From an uncultured Gammaproteobacteria bacterium (GTDB taxonomy: Bacteria; Patescibacteriota; Microgenomatia; UBA12405): a stretch of 32,048 nucleotides of DNA. Position 1 is the stretch's first letter. The number at the start of each line of letters is the position of its first letter. Under the pieces are notes generated by a model. It was given only the letters and a program-made list of their open reading frames with translations. It made no database searches and was not told the origin of the DNA. The stretch covers positions 1 through 32,048 of the forward strand of contig CAZBXB010000004.1 of the NCBI GenBank assembly GCA_964496075.1. Reading direction: 5' to 3'. Shown here one piece after another: positions 15,923 to 27,701 of this stretch. The position numbers were made by a program, and so were the translations under genes.

Positions 15923-18574
15923 TTACTTATTCTGATGAGTGCCTTTTGACTCTTCCGGGTCAGGATTTTCTTTTTGAGTGACAGTCATAGTAGACAGTCT
16001 ATCAGAATTGGTCTTAAATCTCATTAAAATGACACCTTTAGTATTTCGGTTTAGTCGAGGAATGTTTTTAAGCGGCATTTTGATAGTGACACCCTTTTTT
16101 GAAACGAAAATAACAAAATTATTATTTTGAGTGATGGTCTGAGCATCACTGACTTTACCAGTCTTATCGGATATATTACTCACTTTAACTCCGAAGCCAC
16201 CTCTTTTTTGAAGAGGATACTGGAAGATGTTTGTTCTCTTACCGAGACCGTTTTCGGTAGCCACCAGAAGGTCACAAAAGGTTTTGCTATTGTATTTGTC
16301 GGCAATTGTTTGCTGGTCGACCATATTTAGGCTGACTACAAAGTCGTCCGGCTTAAGGTTTATACCTCTAACGCCCTTGGTGTTTCTGCCCATGGGCCTA
16401 ATATCGGTTTCTTGAAAACGGATACATTTGCCGTTTTGGGTAACAATAAAGATTTCGTCCTTGCCTGAGGTAGCTTTGGCCCAACAGAGTTGATCATCCG
16501 GGTCGAGATTGATGGCAATTAGGCCTGATTGTCTGATGTTTTTGAATTTTGATAGACTGGTTTTTTTGACGACACCTTTGTGGGTGGCCAAAAGGATAAA
16601 CTTATCTTTGGAGTTATTTTTCTGAGACAGAACGGCCTGGACTTGTTCGCCTTGCTTGATATCAATGATATTGATGACTGCCTGTCCCTTTGATTGGCGA
16701 CTGCTTTCTTCAAACTCCCAGACTTTGCTTCTAAAAACGCGACCTTGATTGGTAAAAAAGAGAAGGGTGTCATGATTGTTAACCGACAGAATGATATCGA
16801 TTTCATCTTCTTCTTTTGTAGTCATACCAACAACACCTTTACCGCCTCGTCTTTGAGTATGATAGGTCTCTTTGGGTACTTTTTTGATATAACCTGTCTT
16901 GGTAAGAGTTACTAAAACGGGAATATTGGCAACTAAATCTTCTTCATTAAACTGTCCCAACTCTCTGGTGTAAATTTTGGTTAACCTATCGTCTTTGTAG
17001 TTATCCAAAAGATAGTTGTTTTCCTGTTTTAAAATAGAAATCATTTTAGCAGGATTAGTAATTATGGCGGTAAGATCTTTAATAATCTTTTTGATTTGGT
17101 CATATTCATCTTCAATTTTTTGAACCTCAAGAGCAGCTAATCTTCGAAGTTGCATTTCTAAAATGGCGTTGGCCTGAATATCGGTTAAGCTAAACTTTTT
17201 GATTAGGTTTGCTCTAGCGTCGTCGACAGTTTTTGATTTTTTGATGGTGGCAATGACTTCATCCAGATTTGCCAGGGCAATTTTGAGGCCTTCTAGGATA
17301 TGTGATCTTAAGGAGGAAGCTTTAAGATCGTAAATAGTACGCCTTCTGATAATATCTTGCCTGTGTCTTAAGAAATATAGAAGCATTTGGCGCAAAGTTA
17401 GGGTTTGGGGTCGGCCATCAACAAGAGCAATAATATTACCACTATAAGAAGTTTGTAAGGGTGTAAATTTGTAGATTTTGTTGAGAGTGGACTTAGGACG
17501 ACTGGCTTTCTTAAGCTCGATGACAACCCGGATACCTTTTCGATCTGACTCGTCTCTGAGATCAGAAATTCCTTTGATTTTCTTGCTTCGAACTAGATCG
17601 GCTATTTTAAGGACTAGATCGGCCTTATTAACCTGGTATGGAATTTCAGTAATGATAATTGACTGTCTACCTCTTTTGTTTTCTTCGATTTTGGCCTTAC
17701 CTCGGATAATAAACTTACCTCGACCGGTCTTGTACATTTCGGCTATACCGTTTTTACCATAAATTTCTCCAGCTGTGGGAAAATCCGGTCCTTGGATAAA
17801 TTGTAAAAAGTCTTCAACTGGTAGACTGGATTCTAGTTTGAATTTTTGGCTTTGAAGAGCGTAAATGTCTTTGTAGACAATATCCATGGTGGTTACTTTC
17901 TTATTTTTAATTAGGTTTTCAATGGTATGGCCATTTTCTTCTTTTTCTAATTGACAGTTTTCAAGTAAATGATTGATGGCCTGACAAACTTCAGTTAAGT
18001 TGTGGGGGGGGATTTTAGTAGCCATACCAACAGCGATGCCATCAGCTCCATTTAGTAAAAGATTTGGAATTTTTGAAGGTAAGACAGTTGGCTCGTCAAT
18101 GGTGCCATCAAAGTTTGGCATCATGTCGACAGTTTCTTTGTTGATGTCAGAAATAAGTTCGGAAGCAATCTTACTAGTTTTGGCTTCGGTGTACCTCATG
18201 GCGGCCGGTGGATCATTATCAATTGAGCCAAAGTTTCCTTGACCTTTAATAAGGGGATATCTTAGGGAGAAAGATTGAGCCATTCTGACCATGGCCATGT
18301 AAACAGAGGCATCACCGTGAGGGTGGTATTTACCTAAGACTTCACCGACAATTTTGGCTGATTTACTGAACCTGGCTTTGTGAGTTAGGCCCATTTGGTT
18401 GGCAGCAAAGATGATTCTTCGGTGAACCGGCTTAAGACCGTCTCGGACATCAGGCAGGGCTCTGCTGACAATAACGCTCATAGCATAATCCAGATAGGAT
18501 TTTTCCATTTCGTCAACAATACCGACCGTTATGATTTTGCCTGCACTAGTATTTTTTATTTGTTTATCGTCCAT
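15923..18574 (-). CDS. gyrA: DNA gyrase subunit A
   Basis: [14 protein letters not shown], active-site [15 protein letters not shown], and C-terminal beta-pinwheel repeats. Confidence 0.97.
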   Translation of the reverse strand: MDDKQIKNTSAGKIITVGIVDEMEKSYLDYAMSVIVSRALPDVRDGLKPVHRRIIFAANQMGLTHKARFSKSAKIVGEVLGKYHPHGDASVYMAMVRMAQSFSLRYPLIKGQGNFGSIDNDPPAAMRYTEAKTSKIASELISDINKETVDMMPNFDGTIDEPTVLPSKIPNLLLNGADGIAVGMATKIPPHNLTEVCQAINHLLENCQLEKEENGHTIENLIKNKKVTTMDIVYKDIYALQSQKFKLESSLPVEDFLQFIQGPDFPTAGEIYGKNGIAEMYKTGRGKFIIRGKAKIEENKRGRQSIIITEIPYQVNKADLVLKIADLVRSKKIKGISDLRDESDRKGIRVVIELKKASRPKSTLNKIYKFTPLQTSYSGNIIALVDGRPQTLTLRQMLLYFLRHRQDIIRRRTIYDLKASSLRSHILEGLKIALANLDEVIATIKKSKTVDDARANLIKKFSLTDIQANAILEMQLRRLAALEVQKIEDEYDQIKKIIKDLTAIITNPAKMISILKQENNYLLDNYKDDRLTKIYTRELGQFNEEDLVANIPVLVTLTKTGYIKKVPKETYHTQRRGGKGVVGMTTKEEDEIDIILSVNNHDTLLFFTNQGRVFRSKVWEFEESSRQSKGQAVINIIDIKQGEQVQAVLSQKNNSKDKFILLATHKGVVKKTSLSKFKNIRQSGLIAINLDPDDQLCWAKATSGKDEIFIVTQNGKCIRFQETDIRPMGRNTKGVRGINLKPDDFVVSLNMVDQQTIADKYNSKTFCDLLVATENGLGKRTNIFQYPLQKRGGFGVKVSNISDKTGKVSDAQTITQNNNFVIFVSKKGVTIKMPLKNIPRLNRNTKGVILMRFKTNSDRLSTMTVTQKENPDPEESKGTHQNK

Positions 18575-18576
18575 GT

Positions 18577-20958
<2,382 letters not shown>

Positions 20959-21017
20959 TTATAGGTTTAAAAATTTAGTTGACAACAAAGACAATCAATA
21001 TATTTGGTGTATATATC

Positions 21018-21046
21018 ATTTTAGCAGGCTTAAAATAGCTTTACAA
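21018..21046 (-). promoter_or_regulatory. putative gyrB promoter: TTGTAA, 17-nt spacer, TAAAAT
   Basis: Hexamers read on the minus strand, about 70 nt upstream of the gyrB ATG. Confidence 0.35.
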
Positions 21047-21113
21047 GAGATATTTATGCCGTATTTGTAGGATGAATTTGTGGCCTGTTGAAGTAGTATA
21101 ATTATTGCCTATC

Positions 21114-21653
21114 TTAAGCTCTTTTTATTTGCGAAATTGCCTGATAAGATATAATTGAAGTGGCGATTAGGGTATTTAGAGACTTGTTAATACCATACAT
21201 AGGTATTTCAACTATTAGATCGGACATATTAATAATATTTTGACTGACTCCGGTCGATTCATTGCCGGCTATTATGGCCATAGGCGCTTTATATTTGGCT
21301 TTATTATATGGGATACTTTTTTTGCTAAGTTCACAGCTGATAATTTGATAGCCTTTAGCTTTTAAAGACTTAATACAATCAAGACTATTGTCAAAGTGTT
21401 GCCAGGTGGTCCATTTCCAGGTGCCAATAGATGAGCGGTGAATTTTAATATTGGGTGGAGTCACAAGTGGTCCGCATAGATAAATGCTTTCGGCAGCTAT
21501 AGCATCAGCTAAACGGAAGAAGGAGCCAATATTGTAAGTATCAAGGACATTGTCCAAAACAAGAACGACAGGATTTCTTTTAATTAACTTTTGTCTCTTG
21601 GAAGCGACGCCAGACCGGCTTCGTCTGATTTGGTGAGCATTAAGCTTATCCAT
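21114..21653 (-). CDS. SpoU/TrmH-family RNA 2'-O-methyltransferase
   Basis: VLDNVLDTYNIGSFFRLADA, IIAGNESTGVS and IPMYGINKSLN match the SpoU motifs. Confidence 0.85.
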   Translation of the reverse strand: MDKLNAHQIRRSRSGVASKRQKLIKRNPVVLVLDNVLDTYNIGSFFRLADAIAAESIYLCGPLVTPPNIKIHRSSIGTWKWTTWQHFDNSLDCIKSLKAKGYQIISCELSKKSIPYNKAKYKAPMAIIAGNESTGVSQNIINMSDLIVEIPMYGINKSLNTLIATSIISYQAISQIKRA

Positions 21654-21656
21654 AGA

Positions 21657-22634
21657 TTAGCAACCACCGGCACTGGGGGCGGCTGTTTCAGCCCCGGTTT
21701 CAAGGGTGGTCTTACATTCTTTGGGCTGTTTTGAAAAGATGGAGCAAACGGCTTGCTTTAGACCTTCAGGAGTACGGTAGTTGGCTTGGGTGATATTGAC
21801 GCTATTGATACCAAGAACGGCACTACCGTCTTGAGCATAAGCCTCTTCCGGTGGGATCTGAACTCCCTCTAGAATTAAGGTTGGAGAAGCGCTGGCATTG
21901 TACTTAATAGTTTGGGCAATTTCCTCTTCGATCAGCTGCTTAGCTTGATTGTTGAAACAATCAGTAATCTTGTCAGTATCCAAACCGGCCGAGCTGGCTT
22001 GATCCTGCCAACAGGTATCGGCATTTTCGGCTGTACAATTTAAATTAACATTTTCAATAAAGTTCCACCAAACTGATTTGTCTTCTGTCTGATTCCAGGC
22101 ACAGATCTCTCTGACATTTTGATTGGCTTCGACTCGACCATGGAGAGAAGCATAATAATTATCATCAATTTTCATGTATTGGCTTTCATCTTGGCAAGCA
22201 GTTAGTTGGCTGGCAATAATGGTTTGGCATTCAGCTACAGAAGCGACTTGGCCGGCATCAACGTAATCTTGACAGCGAGTTGCATCAGGTACTCTTTGTT
22301 GACAATAAGTGTCTAAATCTCCGTCAATCTTGTCAAATATGTATTGAGGTTTAATATTGGCTTTATCGCCCAAAAGATCGGCAACCGGCTTTAAAACATC
22401 TTCGATTTGGTTGCCATAAGGACAGAAACTCATAACAAAAAATTTAAGTTCTGGAGTGTCGACCTTATCGATTTCCAGACTAGTAGTAGCATTGGCGGTC
22501 GATTTGGTGCCGGCAATTTGGCCGCCTTTGTTGGCGAAAAGATAACCGGAGGCAATTGAGGTTAGTGCTAACAGGGCTAAAAAGACTAGGGCAACCGGAG
22601 TTTTGATTTTGAGATAGCTTTTGTTTTTTTGCAT
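21657..22634 (-). CDS. membrane-anchored Cys-rich extracytoplasmic protein, thioredoxin-fold-like (DsbA/GILT-like)
   Basis: N-terminal TM anchor, FVMSFCPYGN near the start of the soluble part, and 12 Cys in total including a C-terminal GGC. Confidence 0.45.
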   Translation of the reverse strand: MQKNKSYLKIKTPVALVFLALLALTSIASGYLFANKGGQIAGTKSTANATTSLEIDKVDTPELKFFVMSFCPYGNQIEDVLKPVADLLGDKANIKPQYIFDKIDGDLDTYCQQRVPDATRCQDYVDAGQVASVAECQTIIASQLTACQDESQYMKIDDNYYASLHGRVEANQNVREICAWNQTEDKSVWWNFIENVNLNCTAENADTCWQDQASSAGLDTDKITDCFNNQAKQLIEEEIAQTIKYNASASPTLILEGVQIPPEEAYAQDGSAVLGINSVNITQANYRTPEGLKQAVCSIFSKQPKECKTTLETGAETAAPSAGGC

Positions 22635-22637
22635 TCC

Positions 22638-22841
22638 TTATTGTAAACGTATAGCGCTAACTGGGCAAGAGTCAATTGCTTGTTGAATATCATCGGTGAT
22701 CTGATCCGGCTGCTTTTTGACTTTAGCTTTGTAAGTGTTTGGATCTAACTCAAAATAATCGGGGCACAATAAGGGACAAGTGTTGCAACCGATACATTTA
22801 TCAGTATCGATAACAATTTTTTTTGTTTGAGTTTGTGGCAT
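22638..22841 (-). CDS. small single-cluster ferredoxin
   Basis: CIGCNTCPLLCP ... DSCPVSAI in 67 aa. Confidence 0.85.
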   Translation of the reverse strand: MPQTQTKKIVIDTDKCIGCNTCPLLCPDYFELDPNTYKAKVKKQPDQITDDIQQAIDSCPVSAIRLQ

Positions 22842-22847
22842 AAGTAT

Positions 22848-22856
22848 ATTTTAACA
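22848..22856 (-). promoter_or_regulatory. extended -10 box TGTTAAAAT, 6 nt upstream of the ferredoxin ATG
   Basis: Read on the minus strand. No Shine-Dalgarno is present. Confidence 0.4.
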
Positions 22857-22868
22857 GATGAAAATATA

Positions 22869-22874
22869 TATAAT
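22869..22874 (+). promoter_or_regulatory. -10 box TATAAT, 6 nt upstream of the ATG at 22881
   Basis: Read directly. It is back-to-back with the ferredoxin -10 inside a 39-bp divergent spacer. Confidence 0.4.
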
Positions 22875-22880
22875 ATTGGT

Positions 22881-23723
22881 ATGGGGGTGGATAGTAATAC
22901 AGGAACAACAGAAATATTAGCAACGGTAGACAAGCCCGTCGGATTGATGGTATTGGGAGAAAGAAATCCGGTTGGTATGACAAGAGAAGGGTTTTCGAGT
23001 GATCCTGGTTTACTATTTCATGGAACAAAAGAATTATTTGAGTTTAAACGAGGCTTTGATTACTCTAAAGGAGGCGGTTCTCATTCTTGGACTATCGGGG
23101 AAGGTTTTTATACAACGCCAGAAAGATATGATGCTAAACTATTTTCTTTAGCTTTTGATGCAAGAGAACCAGTAGTGTTGGAATTTTTACCATTCCAGGC
23201 CAAAGTGTTTGATTTTAGACAGGTTAGTGACCTGAAGAAAAATGCATATGTACCTTCAGATATGTTAACTGGCTATGTGGAATATTATAGTGCAATTTAC
23301 AATGAGAAATGGGGAAATTATGATCCAAAAGAAGATGATGAGTTTATTCGTACTCATCCATCCGGAAAAATAAAACAGCCCCCAACCGACGCTACTTTTT
23401 TAGATTACTTTAAAAGTGAAGAAACCCAGTTTGATGAGGAAAGATCTATAAGATCTAAAAAATCATTTTCGTATTTGATTGCAAGTCAATATTTGGTGAT
23501 ATTACGAAATTTTACAGATAAAAAAGTTGATTTAAGAGAAATGTTGAGTGTGAAAGGTGATCCTCAGGTCAGTGAATATGCTTGTAAGTTTTTTAGAGAT
23601 TTTATATTAACGGAAGGATATGACGGAATTGTTTATGTCGAAGGAGGTGATCATCCAGAGCATCAATTGAGGGGCCCGGCGTCGGTAGTTTTTTTTAACC
23701 TGGAAAAAATATTTATTAGTTAA
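22881..23723 (+). CDS. hypothetical protein with an ART/RES-like (NAD-utilising fold) motif layout
   Basis: LLFHGTKE, GEGFYTTPERYDAKLF and GYDGIVYVEGG...VVFFN are ordered like the H-Y-E ADP-ribosyltransferase or RES-domain signatures. The ORF-track start at 22827 is a TTG that overlaps the ferredoxin start. Confidence 0.5.
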   Translation: MGVDSNTGTTEILATVDKPVGLMVLGERNPVGMTREGFSSDPGLLFHGTKELFEFKRGFDYSKGGGSHSWTIGEGFYTTPERYDAKLFSLAFDAREPVVLEFLPFQAKVFDFRQVSDLKKNAYVPSDMLTGYVEYYSAIYNEKWGNYDPKEDDEFIRTHPSGKIKQPPTDATFLDYFKSEETQFDEERSIRSKKSFSYLIASQYLVILRNFTDKKVDLREMLSVKGDPQVSEYACKFFRDFILTEGYDGIVYVEGGDHPEHQLRGPASVVFFNLEKIFIS

Positions 23724-24117
23724 ATTGAACAGTTTGATCTAAATCTTTTATTCTGTTTTTAAGTACCAGTCTTAGTTGATTATCTTTGTAATTATCGATA
23801 TGTGTACCAAAACATAGGAATATAATTAAATTACCAACATATCTGAAGCAAACTCTAGGAGATTGGCCAGATCTTAAGCCTTTGACTCTCATGATAATTT
23901 TATAAACCTCGAGATTAGATCCCAGATTATCAACTCTTTTTAAAACTGCAGGAGATAGTATAATTTGTCTATTCTTAAGGTTAAGTTGTTGTTCTAACAA
24001 CCTTTTTAAACTTTTAAAGCCTATACCACCACCATCGTATTTTTTATTGAATTTCTTAATTTCTTTTGAAAAAGAGGGATGTTCTAAAAAAGACATATAA
24101 GCTTCGGTTTGCTCCAT
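23716..24117 (-). CDS. RelE/ParE-superfamily-like toxin
   Basis: 133 aa with FSKEIKKFNKKY ... LEVYKIIMRVKGLRSGQSPRVCFRYVGNLIIFLCFGTH, the RelE/ParE pattern. Its ATG is 2 nt after the stop of the upstream antitoxin-like gene. Confidence 0.55.
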   Translation of the reverse strand: MEQTEAYMSFLEHPSFSKEIKKFNKKYDGGGIGFKSLKRLLEQQLNLKNRQIILSPAVLKRVDNLGSNLEVYKIIMRVKGLRSGQSPRVCFRYVGNLIIFLCFGTHIDNYKDNQLRLVLKNRIKDLDQTVQFN

Positions 24118-24119
24118 GA

Positions 24120-24611
24120 CTAGTTAAATTTTGTACCTCTATAGTGAGATAATTCTAGGGGCATTTCTTCTCCTTCTTCAACGGCCAAATAAGGTGCTTC
24201 TTTATGAGTTAAATTCTCTAACTGTTTACCAGTTTTATTTCCATATAATTTAATAATTCTATCTAGCATAGCTTTTTCTTCGGCAGTGAAGGCATTATCT
24301 TTTGGATTTGCTAGTGCTTTGTAGACGTAAGCATCATTGTATCCGTTGCCAGTTTTATTAATACTTATTTGTAACAAGCCTTGTTTTTTTAATTCTTGAG
24401 CTATGGCATCAAAATAAGAAGGGGCTGGTCCCATTTGCAATTTATGGTATATATCCCCTGTTATTGGTCTTTCGTATTTTTCAAAAAAATCAAAATCTAT
24501 ATAATAAAGAAGTTTATACATTTTTTTCTTTCCCCATACACCATTCTGACCAATTTTCTTGGATAAATATAAAATGACGTTTTTGTATTTTTCTTCGTTA
24601 AGTTTGAACAT
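24120..24611 (-). CDS. Panacea (SocA/DUF4065) domain antitoxin-like protein
   Basis: KKMYKLLYYIDFDFFEKYERPITGDIYHKLQMGPAP is the hallmark Panacea block. The ORF is open up to 24638, but MFKLNEEKY at 24611 is the likelier start. Confidence 0.7.
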   Translation of the reverse strand: MFKLNEEKYKNVILYLSKKIGQNGVWGKKKMYKLLYYIDFDFFEKYERPITGDIYHKLQMGPAPSYFDAIAQELKKQGLLQISINKTGNGYNDAYVYKALANPKDNAFTAEEKAMLDRIIKLYGNKTGKQLENLTHKEAPYLAVEEGEEMPLELSHYRGTKFN

Positions 24612-24719
24612 AAAATGACATCTAGTTAAATATAACATATGAAACTAATCCCGTCGTTGCGGGGTTGTATTTTAAGGCAAAATTTGGCGCTTTTAGCTTC
24701 AAATTTAGGCCTAAATATA

Positions 24720-25214
24720 CTAATATTTGTGGTTTTGGTTGTTTCGCCAAAATTGACCAGCATTAACAATGGCTTTAAGAAGGAGATTAATTAATTTCTC
24801 AGCTTGTTTAGTGTCGATGTTTTTTGTTTCTCCTGGAAAGTAGTGGAAAACTTTATTTCGACCATATTTCCAAGCATCCCAAAGAAGCTGGGCTAGTTCT
24901 TCCCCTTCTGGGTTAATATCGGCTAATTTTTGATAAAGAGAATATCTTTTATATCGCAGAGATGGATTTAAGACTTTACCGACTCTAAACCGGTCACTGT
25001 AATATTGTTTTTGATCAATCAAATGTATTTTTAGAAAAAAATCTTTGAGAAAGCCTTCATAAGCTTTTGATAGTGGAGCGATGATAAAAGAATAATCGTT
25101 TAAAAAGGAGTTTTTGGTGATTTTAAGTAAATTAACAAGATCATTGACTAGCATATCTTGATCCGGGGACAAATACTGCTTGGCAGTCTGGAGTTGGTGT
25201 GAGTCGATGTTCAT
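24720..25214 (-). CDS. HEPN-domain protein (putative RNase)
   Basis: All-helical-looking 164-aa protein with an Rx4H motif, GR119NKVFH124. ATGA start/stop overlap with the upstream membrane-protein gene. Confidence 0.5.
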   Translation of the reverse strand: MNIDSHQLQTAKQYLSPDQDMLVNDLVNLLKITKNSFLNDYSFIIAPLSKAYEGFLKDFFLKIHLIDQKQYYSDRFRVGKVLNPSLRYKRYSLYQKLADINPEGEELAQLLWDAWKYGRNKVFHYFPGETKNIDTKQAEKLINLLLKAIVNAGQFWRNNQNHKY

Positions 25215-25765
25215 AGACCGATTAGTTTAACAAGGAAGATAAGATTTATACCAGCCAAAAGATATATATAGTAGGCTAGTTTGCTTTTTGGTAATTGTTT
25301 GTCAAGTCTGGCGAAAAGCCATTTTTGTAAGTATGATGGATTTTGAAACAGTTGAAAAAGTTGTTTGATTAAAAGATTGATGTTTAGGAAAAAGACGGTT
25401 GATTTGCCGATAATGCTTGAGGTTGAGGTAAAAACAAAAAAAGTAATGACCAAAAAGACAAGTTGAAAAATGACGTGGTGAAAAATTAGAGAGGTGTGAA
25501 ACTGGGCTGTCTCTGCCATTAGTTTAAGTAAACTTTTAATTTGTTTGTTTTTAATTAATTGTCTGGCAATTTTAGATTCTTGATTGTTTGGGTCTAAGTA
25601 ATACCAGTGTATAAAATGATCGGTCTCAATAATGGTGTTGCCAACGATAAAACCCAAAAAAAGCTCTAAAAAATAGCCAAAGGGTGCTTTCTGGATTAGC
25701 CACAAAAGGCTAATAAAGGCCAGGATTTCGAGACTGGGAATAAGATGTTTTTTAAAATAAGCCAC
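25211..25765 (-). CDS. hypothetical His-rich membrane protein (about 4 TM)
   Basis: Hydrophobic segments with TDHFIHWYY and QFHTSLIFHHV. Starts 17 nt downstream of the ABC permease gene. Confidence 0.6.
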   Translation of the reverse strand: MAYFKKHLIPSLEILAFISLLWLIQKAPFGYFLELFLGFIVGNTIIETDHFIHWYYLDPNNQESKIARQLIKNKQIKSLLKLMAETAQFHTSLIFHHVIFQLVFLVITFFVFTSTSSIIGKSTVFFLNINLLIKQLFQLFQNPSYLQKWLFARLDKQLPKSKLAYYIYLLAGINLIFLVKLIGL

Positions 25766-25782
25766 TAAAATATAGTAGCATT

Positions 25783-27006
25783 TTATTCGTAGCGGAGGGC
25801 GACAATTGGGTCTAGTTTGCTGGCTTTGCGAGCCGGAGCGACACCAAAAACAATACCAACAGCAAAGGAAACACTAAATGCAAGCAAAACTGAAGCAATG
25901 GTAACAGTTGAAGGGAAGAAATTATTAATAATTAAACTACCAAAGAATCCAATTAAAATACTGATGACACCACCTATAGAAGATAAAATAATGGCTTCAA
26001 ATAGAAACTGAAGGAGTATGGCGCGAGGATAAGCACCAATGGCTTTTCTCAAACCGATTTCGCGGGTACGTTCCGTAACGGTTACCAGCATGATATTCAT
26101 AATACCAATACCGCCGACTACCAGAGAAATGGCAGCAATGCCGCTTAGACCTAAAGTCAGGGCACTTAAGATAGAATTTATACTAGACAAAAGTTGGCTG
26201 CTGTCAAAAACGGAAAAAGTATCTTTGTCATAATTATCAAGCAGAATATCTTCTACTAAGAGTTTGACTTTGCTAACTTCATCTTTATGTCTGGCCTTGA
26301 TGACAATTTGTTGAATTTTGTTGTCGACTATGTTGGCACCTGTTAAATATGGAATAAAGACGTAGCTATTTATATCCGGTCCACCAAAAGAACTGCCCTG
26401 TTTTTCGAGAACACCAATGATTTGGAAAGTTTTGCCCTCAAAACTTATACTTTTGTTTAAAGGATTTAGATTAGCAAAAAGTTCATCAGCCACTTTAGAG
26501 CCTAAAACAGCTACCTTATCTTTCTTTTCTTCTGCTAGAGAGTTAAACCAATTTCCGGAAGTGTATTTGAACTGAGATATATTTTGGTAATTAGTTGAGG
26601 TGGCAATCAGAGTAGCCTCTTTTTCTTGGTTTTTATATTTGACTGAGGTGGCAACTTGGCTTAGGGCGGCAATATCAGTCACAAGATTTCTAAGTCCCCT
26701 ATCTAAATCCCTTATATCTTTTTGAGTAAAAGACAGACTGGTCATGCGACTGGCTTCGTCTCTATTAAAACCACCACCACTACTACTACTAAAAATCTTT
26801 CCAGGTGAAACAAATATGGTGTTAGCGCCCAGTTCGTCAAATTGTTGGGTTATATAAGATTTAAGGCCATTGCCAATTGAGCTTAATAAGATGACGGAGC
26901 TGACACCAATAATAATACCGAGGGAGGTTAGAGCCGTTCTGGCCTTATTCTTGAAAATAGATTTAAAACTGGACTTAATTAGTTCGTTTAAACTTGGTTT
27001 AAGCAT
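25783..27006 (-). CDS. ABC transporter permease, MacB/FtsX type
   Basis: TM1, a large extracytoplasmic domain, then three C-terminal TMs with the FtsX-type block RTREIGLRKAIGA. Confidence 0.9.
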   Translation of the reverse strand: MLKPSLNELIKSSFKSIFKNKARTALTSLGIIIGVSSVILLSSIGNGLKSYITQQFDELGANTIFVSPGKIFSSSSGGGFNRDEASRMTSLSFTQKDIRDLDRGLRNLVTDIAALSQVATSVKYKNQEKEATLIATSTNYQNISQFKYTSGNWFNSLAEEKKDKVAVLGSKVADELFANLNPLNKSISFEGKTFQIIGVLEKQGSSFGGPDINSYVFIPYLTGANIVDNKIQQIVIKARHKDEVSKVKLLVEDILLDNYDKDTFSVFDSSQLLSSINSILSALTLGLSGIAAISLVVGGIGIMNIMLVTVTERTREIGLRKAIGAYPRAILLQFLFEAIILSSIGGVISILIGFFGSLIINNFFPSTVTIASVLLAFSVSFAVGIVFGVAPARKASKLDPIVALRYE

Positions 27007-27008
27007 TA

Positions 27009-27701
27009 TTATTTGACGATTTGGCCATCTTTAATAACTATAATTTTGTCAGCTTGTTTTGCCAGATCCATGTCGTGGGTGACAAATACGATAGTTCTGC
27101 CTTCAGTGTGCAAGTCTCTAAAAAGCTTCATGATGCCTTGACCGGTTTTACTATCAAGATTACCGGTCGGTTCGTCAGCTAAAATTATTTTAGGATCGTT
27201 GACTAAGGCTCTGGCGATAGCGACTCTTTGTTGCTCGCCACCTGATAGTTGAGCGGGTGTATTGGTGATTTTGTCGGATAGGTTTACCTTAGTAAGCATT
27301 TGAAGCCCCAAACTTCGCCTATCTGACTGAGGAATATCGGAATATAGAAGGGGTAAAATAGTGTTTTCAAGGGATGATGTTTTAGCCAGAAGATTGAATT
27401 GTTGAAAAACAAAGCCAAGAGTCTTGTTTCTTAGTTGGGCTAATTTCGTTTCGTTTAGGGAGGAAGTGTCTTGATCTTCTAAAATTACCTGGCCTGAGGT
27501 GGGATGATCTAAGAGACCAATGATATGCATAAGAGTGGATTTGCCAGAGCCAGATGGACCGGTGATAGCCATAAAATCGCCTTGATTGATGGTTAGGTTG
27601 ACATCCTTTAAAGCATAAAAAATGCTTGATCCGCTAGTGTAGCTTTTGGTGACATGGTCAAGCTTAAGGATGGACTTAATCTTTGATGATGATTTGTTCA
27701 T
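27009..27701 (-). CDS. ABC transporter ATP-binding protein (MacB/LolD-like)
   Basis: Walker [10 protein letters not shown], signature LSGGEQQR, Walker [10 protein letters not shown]-loop VTHD. The start is taken at MNKSSSKI; the ORF is open up to 27758. Confidence 0.93.
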   Translation of the reverse strand: MNKSSSKIKSILKLDHVTKSYTSGSSIFYALKDVNLTINQGDFMAITGPSGSGKSTLMHIIGLLDHPTSGQVILEDQDTSSLNETKLAQLRNKTLGFVFQQFNLLAKTSSLENTILPLLYSDIPQSDRRSLGLQMLTKVNLSDKITNTPAQLSGGEQQRVAIARALVNDPKIILADEPTGNLDSKTGQGIMKLFRDLHTEGRTIVFVTHDMDLAKQADKIIVIKDGQIVK

